From Candidatus Aenigmatarchaeota archaeon (lineage in GTDB: Archaea > Aenigmatarchaeota > Aenigmatarchaeia > CG10238-14 > SpSt-28): a stretch of DNA of 64,000 nucleotides. Shown one piece after another: positions 1 through 9,969 of the stretch (position 1 is the first letter of the stretch; each line of letters opens with the position of its first letter). The notes beneath the pieces are model-generated. The model searched no databases. It was not told where the DNA came from and saw nothing but the letters and a program-made list of their open reading frames with translations. The translations under genes were made by a program, and so were the position numbers. The stretch lies in assembly GCA_038997165.1 (NCBI GenBank), contig JAWBAK010000001.1, positions 436,169 to 500,168 of the forward strand, given 5' to 3'.

Positions 1-1418
1 GAAACTCTTCTAAATATATCTTTATTAAAAATTTTATCTTTTAAAATTAATTTTCTTCCATGTTTTCCTAGGTATTCTGGATATATCGTATATATACTTG
101 TTGCATCCCAAATCATTCCATCAACAAATACTGGATATTCAAAATTTTCTCTTGCAAGTATTGCCATAATATCTTGTGCTCTTTCTACTGCAAAACTAGG
201 AATTAATACTATTCCATTGTTTTTCATTGTTTCATTTATAATATTTATTAGCTCTTTTTCACTTTCTTTTCTTTTTGGCATTATATCTTCTTTCGCTCCA
301 TATGTAGATTCTATTATTAATGTTTCTGCTCTTTTAAAATTAGTAAATGCGGGATCTAATAAAGTTGTTTTATCAAATTTCTGATCTAGTGCATATATAA
401 TGTTATGTAATCCATCTCCTATATGCAAATGGATAATAGAAGAACCGATTATATGGCCAGCATTTTGGAATGTTAATTTTACATCATTTGTAATATCTGT
501 AACTTCATTGTATTCTAATGTTATTACTCTTTTCAAACTTTCTTTTAATCCTTTTACTCCAAAAATAGGATTTATGGCATTTTTTTGCATTACATCTAGA
601 AAATCAGTTATTAATAATGTATAAATATCTAAAGTTGGTTCAGTCATATAAATTGGTGCATCTAATCCTAATTCGTATAAATATGGAATAAAACCTGCAT
701 GATCTAAATGAGCATGAGAGAGAATTAGACCATCTATAGAATTTAAATCAAATTCCTTTACATTTAATATTGGAAAACCGTTTTCGTTATATATACCAGC
801 TTTTATTCCACAATCTATCAATATGTTTGATTGAGGCGTTTCTACTAATAAACAACTTCTACCAACTTCTCTAGCGCCTCCTAAAAATGTTATTCTTATC
901 CAATATTTTTTAGTTGGTTTAACTACTAAAATTTTTTCTCCTATTTTTTGTAGAAATTTCTTTCTAAAATTTTCTTCTTCATGTACAAACTTTCTTACAT
1001 TTGGAATTAATGCAGAAGGAATAGATGGAACTCTTTCAATTTTTGGCGTCCAAAACGTTTCGTTTTTAATTTTTTTAATATTTTCACCATCTTTACCGAT
1101 GGCAATAGAGCTATTTTCTACTTCTATAAAAACTAAACTTCTACTTTCTTCAAAAACAATATCTTTTAAATTACTTTCTTTTGGAATAGTATTTTTTATA
1201 ATTTCTATTGTATAGTTTTTATCTTTGCATAAAGTGGGATAAAATCTTACTTCAATTCTTCTTTTTAATTGAGATATTAAATCTTTAATGTATTCAAATG
1301 GATTTTTAAAAAATTCTTCATTAGTTGTATAAATAATTATTTCTGCTCCTTCGAATGCTATTTCTTTTACAAATTCCTTAGGTAAACTACTCTTTATTTT
1401 TTCTTCTATTTCGTTCAT
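1..1418 (-). CDS. fttA: Beta-CASP ribonuclease aCPSF1/FttA (runs off the window start; not in ORF track)
   Basis: Hand translation from ATG at 1418: MNEIEEKIKSSLP..FEGAEIIIYT, KH-like AIGKDG, WIRITFLGGAREVGRSCLLVET..IDCG, SHAHLDH metallo-beta-lactamase motif, NAGHIIGS; follows psmB as is usual in archaea. Confidence 0.93.
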   Translation of the reverse strand, partial: MNEIEEKIKSSLPKEFVKEIAFEGAEIIIYTTNEEFFKNPFEYIKDLISQLKRRIEVRFYPTLCKDKNYTIEIIKNTIPKESNLKDIVFEESRSLVFIEVENSSIAIGKDGENIKKIKNETFWTPKIERVPSIPSALIPNVRKFVHEEENFRKKFLQKIGEKILVVKPTKKYWIRITFLGGAREVGRSCLLVETPQSNILIDCGIKAGIYNENGFPILNVKEFDLNSIDGLILSHAHLDHAGFIPYLYELGLDAPIYMTEPTLDIYTLLITDFLDVMQKNAINPIFGVKGLKESLKRVITLEYNEVTDITNDVKLTFQNAGHIIGSSIIHLHIGDGLHNIIYALDQKFDKTTLLDPAFTNFKRAETLIIESTYGAKEDIMPKRKESEKELINIINETMKNNGIVLIPSFAVERAQDIMAILARENFEYPVFVDGMIWDATSIYTIYPEYLGKHGRKLILKDKIFNKDIFRRV

Positions 1419-1432
1419 AATTTTTTCAAAAA

Positions 1433-2047
1433 TTAAATTTGTATAGTTTCTATTTGAATACCCCTTTCTGTAATTATTGCAACATCAATACCTTTTCCAC
1501 CAGAACCAATATCTCTCTCTATTGCAGCTTTAATTGCCTTTATTGCAATATCTTTCGCTTCTTTTATATCTAAATTTTCTTTATATAATGCTTCTAAAAC
1601 ACCTAAAGCTATTGGACTTCCACTACCAGTTGCAAAAAACTTTTTTTCTTCTTCCATGCCACCAAGCATATCAAACGAATACATTTTAAAACCTTCGTAT
1701 TCATCATATCCAGCTATTAATATCTGAACAAAAAATGGGAAAAATCTATAGGAATTTAAAATATTTGATAAAAGTGTAGCAACTCCTCTTACAGAAATTT
1801 TTCTATTATTTTGAATTTCAAATAATTTTATTTCGGCTTTTAACCATCTAGCTAATGTTAAATTGTCCCCAACACTTCCTGCTGTTGTCATTATAATTCT
1901 ATCATTTAATTTTATTATTTTTTCTGATTCTTTGCTTGCAACTAAATATCCCATAGTAGATTTTTTTTCTGCAGCTATTACAATGCCCTCTTTACAAATA
2001 ATTCCTAAAGTTGTAGTTCCACTTTTTAATTTTTCAAAAGTTTCCAT
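1433..2047 (-). CDS. psmB: Proteasome beta subunit
   Basis: Short propeptide then G|TTTLG catalytic Thr; TGSGS and RDIGSG motifs. Confidence 0.96.
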   Translation of the reverse strand: METFEKLKSGTTTLGIICKEGIVIAAEKKSTMGYLVASKESEKIIKLNDRIIMTTAGSVGDNLTLARWLKAEIKLFEIQNNRKISVRGVATLLSNILNSYRFFPFFVQILIAGYDEYEGFKMYSFDMLGGMEEEKKFFATGSGSPIALGVLEALYKENLDIKEAKDIAIKAIKAAIERDIGSGGKGIDVAIITERGIQIETIQI

Positions 2048-2131
2048 TAATATTTAATTGGAAAAACATTTAAATATTTTTATTTATATATTAACAAAAC
2101 GATTTTTATATTTTAATTAAATAAAATTGTA

Positions 2132-3562
2132 ATGAAAAAGCTAGGAGAAAATATATGGTATTCATTTTTAAATTCTCTAACCATATCAATATTTGGAAGC
2201 ATTTTTTGGCTAATTTTATTTAAATTTTTAAAAGTTCAAGATTTTGGATTAATTTCATATATATATGCCTCTTCTCTCTTTTTAATAAATTTATTTTCTT
2301 TTGGAAGTTTTCAAGCATTATGGAAGTATTGTAGTGAAAATAAATTTAAAAAAATTTTTATTTTTTCTTTTTTATTTTCTATTTTTGGAATATTTTTAAT
2401 ATACATTATTTCATTTTTTTATTTTAAAAATTTATTAATTTTTTATTTTTCGTTAGTATTGTTTATTTCTACATTTTTAGAAAATATACTTTTTGGATTT
2501 CAGGAATTTAAAAAAATATTTTTATCAAACTTTTTTTCATCTCTTTCTAAATTTATTCTAATTTTTTTAATTTATTATTTTTTTGATTTGAAAATCGAAT
2601 TAATAATATTGGTGGTTATTTTAAGCATTTTAATTGGGATTATATTTAAATTTTTTTATTTGAAAAAATATTTGTTTAAAAATCTTTTTTTAAATATAAA
2701 TTTTAATGAAATAAAGAGATTTTTAACTTTATCCTTTTCTTCATTTCTTTCTTCATTTTCTTCATTTTTTTATTCAAATTTTTTAGTAATTTCTTCTTTT
2801 CTAGTTTTTTCTTCGATACTTGCAGGTATAATTTATTTTTCTCAAATAATTTCCACTATAATTTCTTTTTTCCCTTCTATTATTATCTCGGCAGCTTTAC
2901 CGCTATTATCTAAGCTTTTTATTAGAGGAAAAGTAGAAAAAATAAACTTCATAATTAAAAATTTATTTATATTTTCAACAATAATAATAATTCCCCTAAT
3001 TTTTTTAATTGCTTTTCATTTTGAAACAATCTTAAAAATAATAAATTCAAAAAATGAAATAATAAATAATTTTACTTCTTCAATTTTCTTAGTTGTTGCT
3101 ATTTCATCTACATTCTTTTTATTTTCAAACATTTTATTTTCTTTATTATTTTCTCTAAACAAAATAAAAGAAATTTATTTTACGGAATTTTTATCTATTT
3201 TAATTTTTATAGCACTTTTTTTTATTTCTTATAAATATGAAAATATCTTTTATCTTTTATTAGGTTATTTTTTTGTCCCTTTTTTTAAATTTTTATTATA
3301 TTTTTATACTTTAAAAATTAATTTAAGCTCAATTTTTTCTATTAAATTAATTTTTTTAATTATTTTTTCTTTTTTAATTTCCTACTATTTAAAATCAGAA
3401 ATATTAATTTTTGATGTCGTACTTTCTATTATTTCTTTATTTTTAATTCTTTTTTTTATAAAAACTATAAAAATATTTGATAGTAATTTTGAAAAATTTA
3501 TAAAAGAATTAAGTTTATCTAATTTAGTTAAAAAAATAATTATTAAACTCTTGTTGAATTAA
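2132..3562 (+). CDS. Oligosaccharide flippase (MOP/Wzx-like) multi-pass membrane protein
   Basis: 476 aa, more than 12 hydrophobic segments, 'L..QDFGL' N-terminal pattern, 'ALPLLSK' mid motif. Confidence 0.7.
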   Translation: MKKLGENIWYSFLNSLTISIFGSIFWLILFKFLKVQDFGLISYIYASSLFLINLFSFGSFQALWKYCSENKFKKIFIFSFLFSIFGIFLIYIISFFYFKNLLIFYFSLVLFISTFLENILFGFQEFKKIFLSNFFSSLSKFILIFLIYYFFDLKIELIILVVILSILIGIIFKFFYLKKYLFKNLFLNINFNEIKRFLTLSFSSFLSSFSSFFYSNFLVISSFLVFSSILAGIIYFSQIISTIISFFPSIIISAALPLLSKLFIRGKVEKINFIIKNLFIFSTIIIIPLIFLIAFHFETILKIINSKNEIINNFTSSIFLVVAISSTFFLFSNILFSLLFSLNKIKEIYFTEFLSILIFIALFFISYKYENIFYLLLGYFFVPFFKFLLYFYTLKINLSSIFSIKLIFLIIFSFLISYYLKSEILIFDVVLSIISLFLILFFIKTIKIFDSNFEKFIKELSLSNLVKKIIIKLLLN

Positions 3563-3570
3563 ATTAAATT

Positions 3571-5262
3571 ATGAGATTTTTTGAAGTTTGTGAAATATAT
3601 GAAAAATTAGAGAAGATAAGTTCAAAAATAGGAAAAACAGAAATTTTGGCTAATTTATTTAAGAAAGCCGAAGGAGAAGAATTAAAAAAATTAGTATTAT
3701 TATCTACTGGTCAAATTTTCTTACCTTTTGAAAATAAGGAATTAGGAATTGCATCTAAATTAGTAATGAGAAGTATTTCTAAAGCTAGCGGATTTGATTT
3801 AAAAAATATTGAAGAATTATATGTAAAATTTGGAGATTTGGGGAAAGTTGCTGAATATTGTATAAAAAATAGAAAACAAAAGATATTTTTTAAAAAAGAA
3901 TTAACAGTAAGCGAAGTTTACGATAAATTAAGAGAAATTGGATTATATGAAGGTGAAGGTTCTCAAGATAGAAAAATTTCTACTTTAGCTGGCCTATTAA
4001 ATTTTAGTAATCCCTTAGAAGCTAGATATTTGGTTAGAATAGTTTTGGATGAATTAAGAATTGGTGTTGCTGAAGGAATTATAAGAGATGCAATTGTTTT
4101 GGCATTTTTTAAACCTAGTGAAAAGGAAAAAGCATTATATTATGTTGATTTTGCCTGGAATATATTGGGAGATTTTGGAGAAGTCGCAAAAATTGCAAAA
4201 CACGAAGGAATAGAAGGTTTAAAAAAAGTTAAACCAGTTTTGGGTAGACCAATTCAAGTTATGTTAGGAATAAAGGCAGAAAGTATTGAAGAAGTAATTA
4301 AAAGACACGGAAAAGTTATTGCAGAATTTAAATACGATGGCTTAAGAATGCAAATACATAAGCAAAAAGATAAAGTATGGATTTTTACAAGAAGATTAGA
4401 AGATGTTACAAAACAATTTCCTGATGTTGTTGAAACTATAAGAAAAAATATTTTAGCTGATGAATGTATTATCGAAGGAGAAGCATGGCCAATAGATATT
4501 AATACAAAATTACCTATGCCATTTCAAAAATTGAGTCAAAGAATTCATAGAAAATATGATATTGAAAAAATGTCAAAAGAAATTCCTGTTCAGCTAAATT
4601 TATTTGATATAGTTTATTTAAATGGAGAAACTTTTTTTGAAATTCCCTTAATAAAAAGAAGAGAAATATTAAAAAATATAGTTAAGGAAGAAGAATTAAA
4701 AATACAGCTTGCTGAAAGTATTTATACTGATAATGTAAGAGAAATTGAAGAATTTTACAATAGAGCTTTAAGTTTAAAACAAGAAGGAATTATGCTTAAA
4801 AATCCACAATCTTTTTATATTTTTGGTAGACATGTTGGTGGTTGGTATAAAATTAAACCTATAATGGAAACTTTAGATGTAGTAATTGTTGGAGCAGAAT
4901 ATGGGGAAGGATCTAGAAGTAAATGGCTTTCTAGCTATTTATTTGCAGTTAGAGATGAAGATACTGGCGAGTTATTAACTTGTGGAATGGGTGGTACAGG
5001 ATTAACCGAGGAGCAATTTGAATTAATGACAGAAATATTAACTCCATTAATAATTAAAAGAGAGGGGAATTTTGTTTGGGTAAAACCTAAAATTGTTGTT
5101 GAAGTTAGTTATCAAGAAATTCAAAAAAGTCCAAATTATACTAGTGGATATGCATTAAGATTTCCTAGAATAGAAAGAATAAGAGAAGATAAAAGTGTCA
5201 ATGAAATAGATACTTTAAAAAGGCTTGAGGAATTATATAAATCTCAAGGAAAAGCAGGATGA
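3571..5262 (+). CDS. lig: ATP-dependent DNA ligase
   Basis: EFKYDGLRMQIH adenylation motif, EGIMLK, WYKIK, ALRFPRI..IREDK. Confidence 0.97.
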   Translation: MRFFEVCEIYEKLEKISSKIGKTEILANLFKKAEGEELKKLVLLSTGQIFLPFENKELGIASKLVMRSISKASGFDLKNIEELYVKFGDLGKVAEYCIKNRKQKIFFKKELTVSEVYDKLREIGLYEGEGSQDRKISTLAGLLNFSNPLEARYLVRIVLDELRIGVAEGIIRDAIVLAFFKPSEKEKALYYVDFAWNILGDFGEVAKIAKHEGIEGLKKVKPVLGRPIQVMLGIKAESIEEVIKRHGKVIAEFKYDGLRMQIHKQKDKVWIFTRRLEDVTKQFPDVVETIRKNILADECIIEGEAWPIDINTKLPMPFQKLSQRIHRKYDIEKMSKEIPVQLNLFDIVYLNGETFFEIPLIKRREILKNIVKEEELKIQLAESIYTDNVREIEEFYNRALSLKQEGIMLKNPQSFYIFGRHVGGWYKIKPIMETLDVVIVGAEYGEGSRSKWLSSYLFAVRDEDTGELLTCGMGGTGLTEEQFELMTEILTPLIIKREGNFVWVKPKIVVEVSYQEIQKSPNYTSGYALRFPRIERIREDKSVNEIDTLKRLEELYKSQGKAG

Positions 5263-5432
5263 TAAATAAAATAGTTGGAATAATTTTAATTTTATTTGGT
5301 ATTTATTTTGGACTAAAAAATAAAGAAGATATTTTTGGAAGTTTAAGATTTAATATTTTTAATATAAATAAAATATCAATACTAATTTCTTTATTATTAA
5401 TTATTCTTGGAATAATTCTGATTTTATGGTAG
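5259..5432 (+). CDS. Small two-helix membrane protein, 57 aa (not in ORF track)
   Basis: MINKIVGIILILFGIYFGL..ISILISLLLIILGIILILW*; ATG overlaps the lig stop (ATGA) and the stop overlaps the next start, filling the gap exactly. Confidence 0.65.
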   Translation: MINKIVGIILILFGIYFGLKNKEDIFGSLRFNIFNINKISILISLLLIILGIILILW

Positions 5433-7183
5433 AAGTTTTATTACCAGATAAATTAAAAGAAGAAATTGAAAATTTTATAAAATCTTTAACTGGAAATAAA
5501 AAGTTTAGGTTACATGAAAAAGAATATTGTATTCTTTCTATGCCTCCATATAGTTTAGATTTTACGCATTTTGCAGGGAAAGCAACTGAAATAATTTATT
5601 CAATTATATTTGGTTATGGAAAAAAGGGTTTTGATGTTTTTAAAGTAGATGAAAATTTATATGTTAGTTCAGCCTATCAACCTTTTTATTCTAATATAAG
5701 AAAGCAAAAAGAAGAAATTGAAAATAATATAAAAGCACAACTAGCTCAAATTGCTACAGCAATTACAGATACTCAATTAATTGCTCATGATTATAGAAAA
5801 TATAAATATTTTTTAAAAATTTTTCTTGAATTAGATGAAATTCAAAAAAAATTAAATGAAGAAAAAAATAAAGAAAAAATCGAAGAATTAAAAAAAAGAA
5901 AAAAAGAATTGGAGCAATCTTTGAGAAATATTTTTATTGATCAAGTCGATATTTATACTGGTGATTTTTCTATAATAAACATGGCTAGAACTAGATGGAC
6001 AACTTTTATTTCAGATTTTCTTTCATTAGAAGAAGAAAAAACACCAGAAGATATTTTACAAAAATTTCCAAATATAACAAAGGCAGAAGCAATACAATTA
6101 GCTAAAAAAAATCAATTATATTTAATTTGGAGAGAAGAATTTAAAAGAGTTGTTAAAGAGAGAGAGGCAGAATTAAGAAAGTTATTAATAATGAGAAAAA
6201 ATTCAATAGATAAATATAAGGAAATGTTAAGACCGTTGATAGCAAGATATTTTTCTTTCAAAGAAGAGCCCTCTATATTTACATCAACTTCTTTATCATT
6301 TATTAAACCAGCGACATATCCTTTATTAATTGAATCTACAAAATTGTGGTTAATTAAGTCTATTCCACCATTTTATTTTGAATATGAAAAGATAAGGCAA
6401 GCTTCTCTATCTTTAGAAAGGATTGGTTTAATATCAGAAAATATTATTAAGCTTGTTGATAAATCGAAAGAAGAAAAAATAAAAAAGATTGTAATGCCAG
6501 TAGAACCATCTGTTGATAGAGTTGTATTAGCCGGATTAGAAGTTATTAATCAAAAATTTGGTACAAACTTTTCAATAAATGATGTTTTAGATATAAGAGA
6601 AAGTATTTATAAAAAGGAGTATGAAGTTTCTCCAGATAAAGAAAGATGGAAATTAAGTCCATATTATGTTTTTGTTGAAATTTCATTAGATAGAGTATTA
6701 TTAAAAACATATTCTGGTATAGAAATAGAAGATTTTGCATTTAGTATCAAACCTTATTTGATTTCCCAAAACTTAGCATTTTTAATGTATCTTCAAACAA
6801 AAGCATTAGATACATATTATGAACAACAAATTAATTCTTTTTTTGGAGAATCACTATTAAAGGAAATAGAAATAGAGGTAGATGTAAAAGGTCAAAAAAC
6901 TAAGCAAAAACTTAACATTTGGTTAGATATAAGAAGTTTAGATTATATTTTTGAAGAGGAAGAAAATTATAAGAAATTGGAAGAAGAAAAAAGAAGAGAG
7001 TTTTATAACGTTTTAAGCGAGTATGTTATTAAATTTGAAGAAACTTTTCTAAAAAGAAAATATTTTGCTCCATATTTATTATATGAACGATCTTTTGCTG
7101 ATGAATATTTTTTTGATTATGTCGTAGCTACGAAAATAGATATAGATAGAACAATTGCATCTGCGTTTGGCTTTCCAATATAA
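5426..7183 (+). CDS. Hypothetical protein, 585 aa, with coiled-coil segments
   Basis: Long ORF with normal codon usage; no motif recognised. Confidence 0.8.
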   Translation: MVEVLLPDKLKEEIENFIKSLTGNKKFRLHEKEYCILSMPPYSLDFTHFAGKATEIIYSIIFGYGKKGFDVFKVDENLYVSSAYQPFYSNIRKQKEEIENNIKAQLAQIATAITDTQLIAHDYRKYKYFLKIFLELDEIQKKLNEEKNKEKIEELKKRKKELEQSLRNIFIDQVDIYTGDFSIINMARTRWTTFISDFLSLEEEKTPEDILQKFPNITKAEAIQLAKKNQLYLIWREEFKRVVKEREAELRKLLIMRKNSIDKYKEMLRPLIARYFSFKEEPSIFTSTSLSFIKPATYPLLIESTKLWLIKSIPPFYFEYEKIRQASLSLERIGLISENIIKLVDKSKEEKIKKIVMPVEPSVDRVVLAGLEVINQKFGTNFSINDVLDIRESIYKKEYEVSPDKERWKLSPYYVFVEISLDRVLLKTYSGIEIEDFAFSIKPYLISQNLAFLMYLQTKALDTYYEQQINSFFGESLLKEIEIEVDVKGQKTKQKLNIWLDIRSLDYIFEEEENYKKLEEEKRREFYNVLSEYVIKFEETFLKRKYFAPYLLYERSFADEYFFDYVVATKIDIDRTIASAFGFPI

Positions 7184-7202
7184 TTATATCAAAGTTTAAA
7201 AA

Positions 7203-7586
7203 TTAAAGAATTAGACTGCTTCTATCTGCATAATTTACCGTATAATATTTTGGTTTTAATGCATTTTTAATATATTCAAATGCTTTCCATGGATCAGTAT
7301 GTTCTCCACATGTATAAATATCAACTGTAGCATAATTATATTCAATCCATGTATGAATTGCAACATGACTTTCTGTTATTAATGCAATGACAGATACTCC
7401 ACCCTTTTCTCCTCCAAAACTCCAGGATTTTATTTCATATAAATTTGCTCCAGATAATTTTACTGCTTCTATTACTATATTTTTAAGAATCTCTTCGTTT
7501 GATGCAACTTCTAGATCTATATAATAAAAATTACCATAAACATGCTTGCCAATTATTCTATTCTCTTTTTTATCTTCTTCTTTCAT
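7203..7586 (-). CDS. Pyruvoyl-dependent decarboxylase proenzyme of the AdoMetDC (SpeH) fold, probably crenarchaeal-type arginine decarboxylase
   Basis: E|SH self-cleavage site ([12 protein letters not shown]), DIYTCG; IIGKHVYGN and [15 protein letters not shown] resemble the Sulfolobales ArgDC paralog as recalled. Confidence 0.85.
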   Translation of the reverse strand: MKEEDKKENRIIGKHVYGNFYYIDLEVASNEEILKNIVIEAVKLSGANLYEIKSWSFGGEKGGVSVIALITESHVAIHTWIEYNYATVDIYTCGEHTDPWKAFEYIKNALKPKYYTVNYADRSSLIL

Positions 7587-8430
7587 ATTATTATCAATAT
7601 ATAATATATATTGGTGTTAAATATATTTGGTGTGCGCTTATATACTACTATCTATTACTCCATATATTAATTTTCAATATCACTTTAAAAGACTGAATTA
7701 TTTTTAGTTTTGTTTTTTAATTTTTTGATTTAAATTCATAGAGAATTTTAAGTGCTTTAAAATTTTATTTTATTATTTTTTCTTCTTTTATTTTTTGTTT
7801 CATTTTTTCTTACTTCTTTACAATAATTTTGTAAATTACTTTATTATTGCAAAACTTTTTAGAAGTTTCACTGCAAATATAAAACGAAATAGAATCGAAG
7901 TTCAATACTTCATATGGACATATAACAGAGGTTAAACTGCTCTTGAAGAATGCTTCTAGTTCTTCTACGCTCTATATATGGAATACATAAACTGTTGTTA
8001 ACAATTAAAAAACATGGATTTTTACAATGGAAAGAATTATAAAAAATCAGTTGGAAGATATGAAAAATCGATTTAAAAACTTTGAAAGATTACTGAGTTT
8101 ATTAATTTCTGCACCTTTATTCAATCCTTATAATCTTCCAGTCTAAATTCTCTTATTTTCGCTTTTAATCTATTTGAAATTCTTTATATACCTCACTAAT
8201 GTAGGATCAAAAAGACTTCATCATATACACATAGTTAATTAGAGTAAATTAGCTAAAATTATACTAAAATAGGAGATTTAAAAATAGCTATTAGTTAGGA
8301 TTGAGTTAGAGAAAGCAATAATAAAAGTTTCTAAAATACAATAAAATTAAAGAATGAATGATACCAGATTTTAACATGGACAAGGTTTTATAAACTTATT
8401 TATTTTATTAAATTATTAAAAGTAAATTTT

Positions 8431-8505
8431 TGCCCCCGACGGGATTTGAACCCGCGACCACTGGGTCCGAAGCCCAGTGCTCTATCCAGGCTGAGCTACG
8501 GGGGC
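8431..8505 (-). tRNA. tRNA-Arg (TCG)
   Basis: Cloverleaf GCCCCCG..; anticodon arm CTGGG-CT-TCG-GA-CCCAG; GGTTCAAATCC T-arm; no encoded CCA. Confidence 0.96.
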
Positions 8506-8564
8506 TCATAATTTGTTTATAATTTGTTTTTATCAAAAATCTAAAATTGTAAAATGAAACTAAC

Positions 8565-9932
8565 TTAATATTCTAAAAATTGTTTTTCAAACTGTTTTAC
8601 ATATTCAACACTTTTTTTTGCATCTACAAATAATTTTTCGACTCTTTCTACATGGTTTTTATCTATTATCTTTGAGTTCTCTTCTTTTGCAACTATGTTT
8701 GCTGGATGTAATAATTGCATAGCATATCTTAAGCTATTTTTTATACCTAATTGAGTTAAATATTCTAGAGCTTCATCACTTAATTCAATTTTATCGTTTT
8801 TAGCCTTTATTTTAATAATTTCTCTAATTTCTTTTTCTGTATATGGTCTTGTATTTATAATTAATAGTCTATCTAGTAAATCTATTGGCATTGCGTGTGG
8901 AGATTTATAATCGGTACCTCTTATTGGCGCAATTCCTCTGTTTGTTGCAAAAATAAATATTGGGCTTAATTCTTGTTCCATTGCTCTGTTTAAAAATGCA
9001 AAAGTTTCTATATCTAATAAGCTACATTCATCAATAAAAACTACTCCAGGAACTAATTCTGCTTTTCCTTCTTTTATTAATTCTTTAACTATTTCATCAA
9101 CTTCTTTTCTTATTTCACTATCTATTTCTTTTCTTTCTGCGCCAAAAAATATACTAGCTATATCTATAGAAGATTTTGCTCTAGCTAGGTCTAATTGATG
9201 TAATGTAACTACATATACAAATTCTTTTTCTTTTAAAACTTTTCCTTTTGGTAATGGTATAGGTTTTTCTGCGGTTAATTCTTCTTCACTCTTTTTAATA
9301 ACTCTTTCACTTTTTCCATATTTTACAATTCTACCACCATCTACATCTATAGCAATAATATCTCCAATTTCAACTCCTTGTTGAACTAATTGAATTGCAA
9401 ATGTTTGATCTACACTTAATTTTTTGGAATCTTCACTAGTTTCTAATTTAATAGTTGCTGAATAGGGAATTTGATAATATGGATTATAAGGATGCGGTTT
9501 ATGTTTAATATCAAGCTCAGTAACTTCTCCTTCATAAACTTTTCTTACTTCTCTTATTCTTACTCCAATTGCTTTTCTTAATGTTTGTGTTAAAAATTCG
9601 GTTTTTTTAACCTCTGCACTATATATTTCGCTAGCCGCTAAATGAACAAAGGGAACATCTTTACCAAGTTCTTTAGCAATTCCAATAGCTAATGCAGTTT
9701 TTCCGCTTCCTGGAGGACCTGCAATTAAAATTCCTTTGCCAGCAAACTTACCTTCTTTAATTAACCTAACAATTATACCAGCAGCTTCTCTAGCTTCTTC
9801 TTGTCCTACAAATCCATCTGCAATAAATTCTGCCTTTAGTCCTTTTAAACCCAAACCTTTTATATGGCTATGTGCTGCTATTCTTTCAAATTCTCTTAAT
9901 TCTTTAACTTCAGTAATTTCTCTTATTTCCAT
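8565..9932 (-). CDS. TIP49/RuvB-like (Rvb) AAA+ ATPase
   Basis: RIAAHSHIKGLGL, GFVGQ..AREAAG, GPPGSGKTALA, SEIYSAEVKKTE, ATNRG, DLLDRLLII. Confidence 0.95.
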   Translation of the reverse strand: MEIREITEVKELREFERIAAHSHIKGLGLKGLKAEFIADGFVGQEEAREAAGIIVRLIKEGKFAGKGILIAGPPGSGKTALAIGIAKELGKDVPFVHLAASEIYSAEVKKTEFLTQTLRKAIGVRIREVRKVYEGEVTELDIKHKPHPYNPYYQIPYSATIKLETSEDSKKLSVDQTFAIQLVQQGVEIGDIIAIDVDGGRIVKYGKSERVIKKSEEELTAEKPIPLPKGKVLKEKEFVYVVTLHQLDLARAKSSIDIASIFFGAERKEIDSEIRKEVDEIVKELIKEGKAELVPGVVFIDECSLLDIETFAFLNRAMEQELSPIFIFATNRGIAPIRGTDYKSPHAMPIDLLDRLLIINTRPYTEKEIREIIKIKAKNDKIELSDEALEYLTQLGIKNSLRYAMQLLHPANIVAKEENSKIIDKNHVERVEKLFVDAKKSVEYVKQFEKQFLEY

Positions 9933-9969
9933 GATTTATATTTTAAAATAAAGAGTAAAAAATTTAAAT

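Noticed and set aside
7587-8430. CRISPR array or replication origin in the gap
   Set aside because: No regularly spaced repeats, no ORB-like G-string repeats and no cdc6/orc1 nearby; an origin is not strictly excluded.
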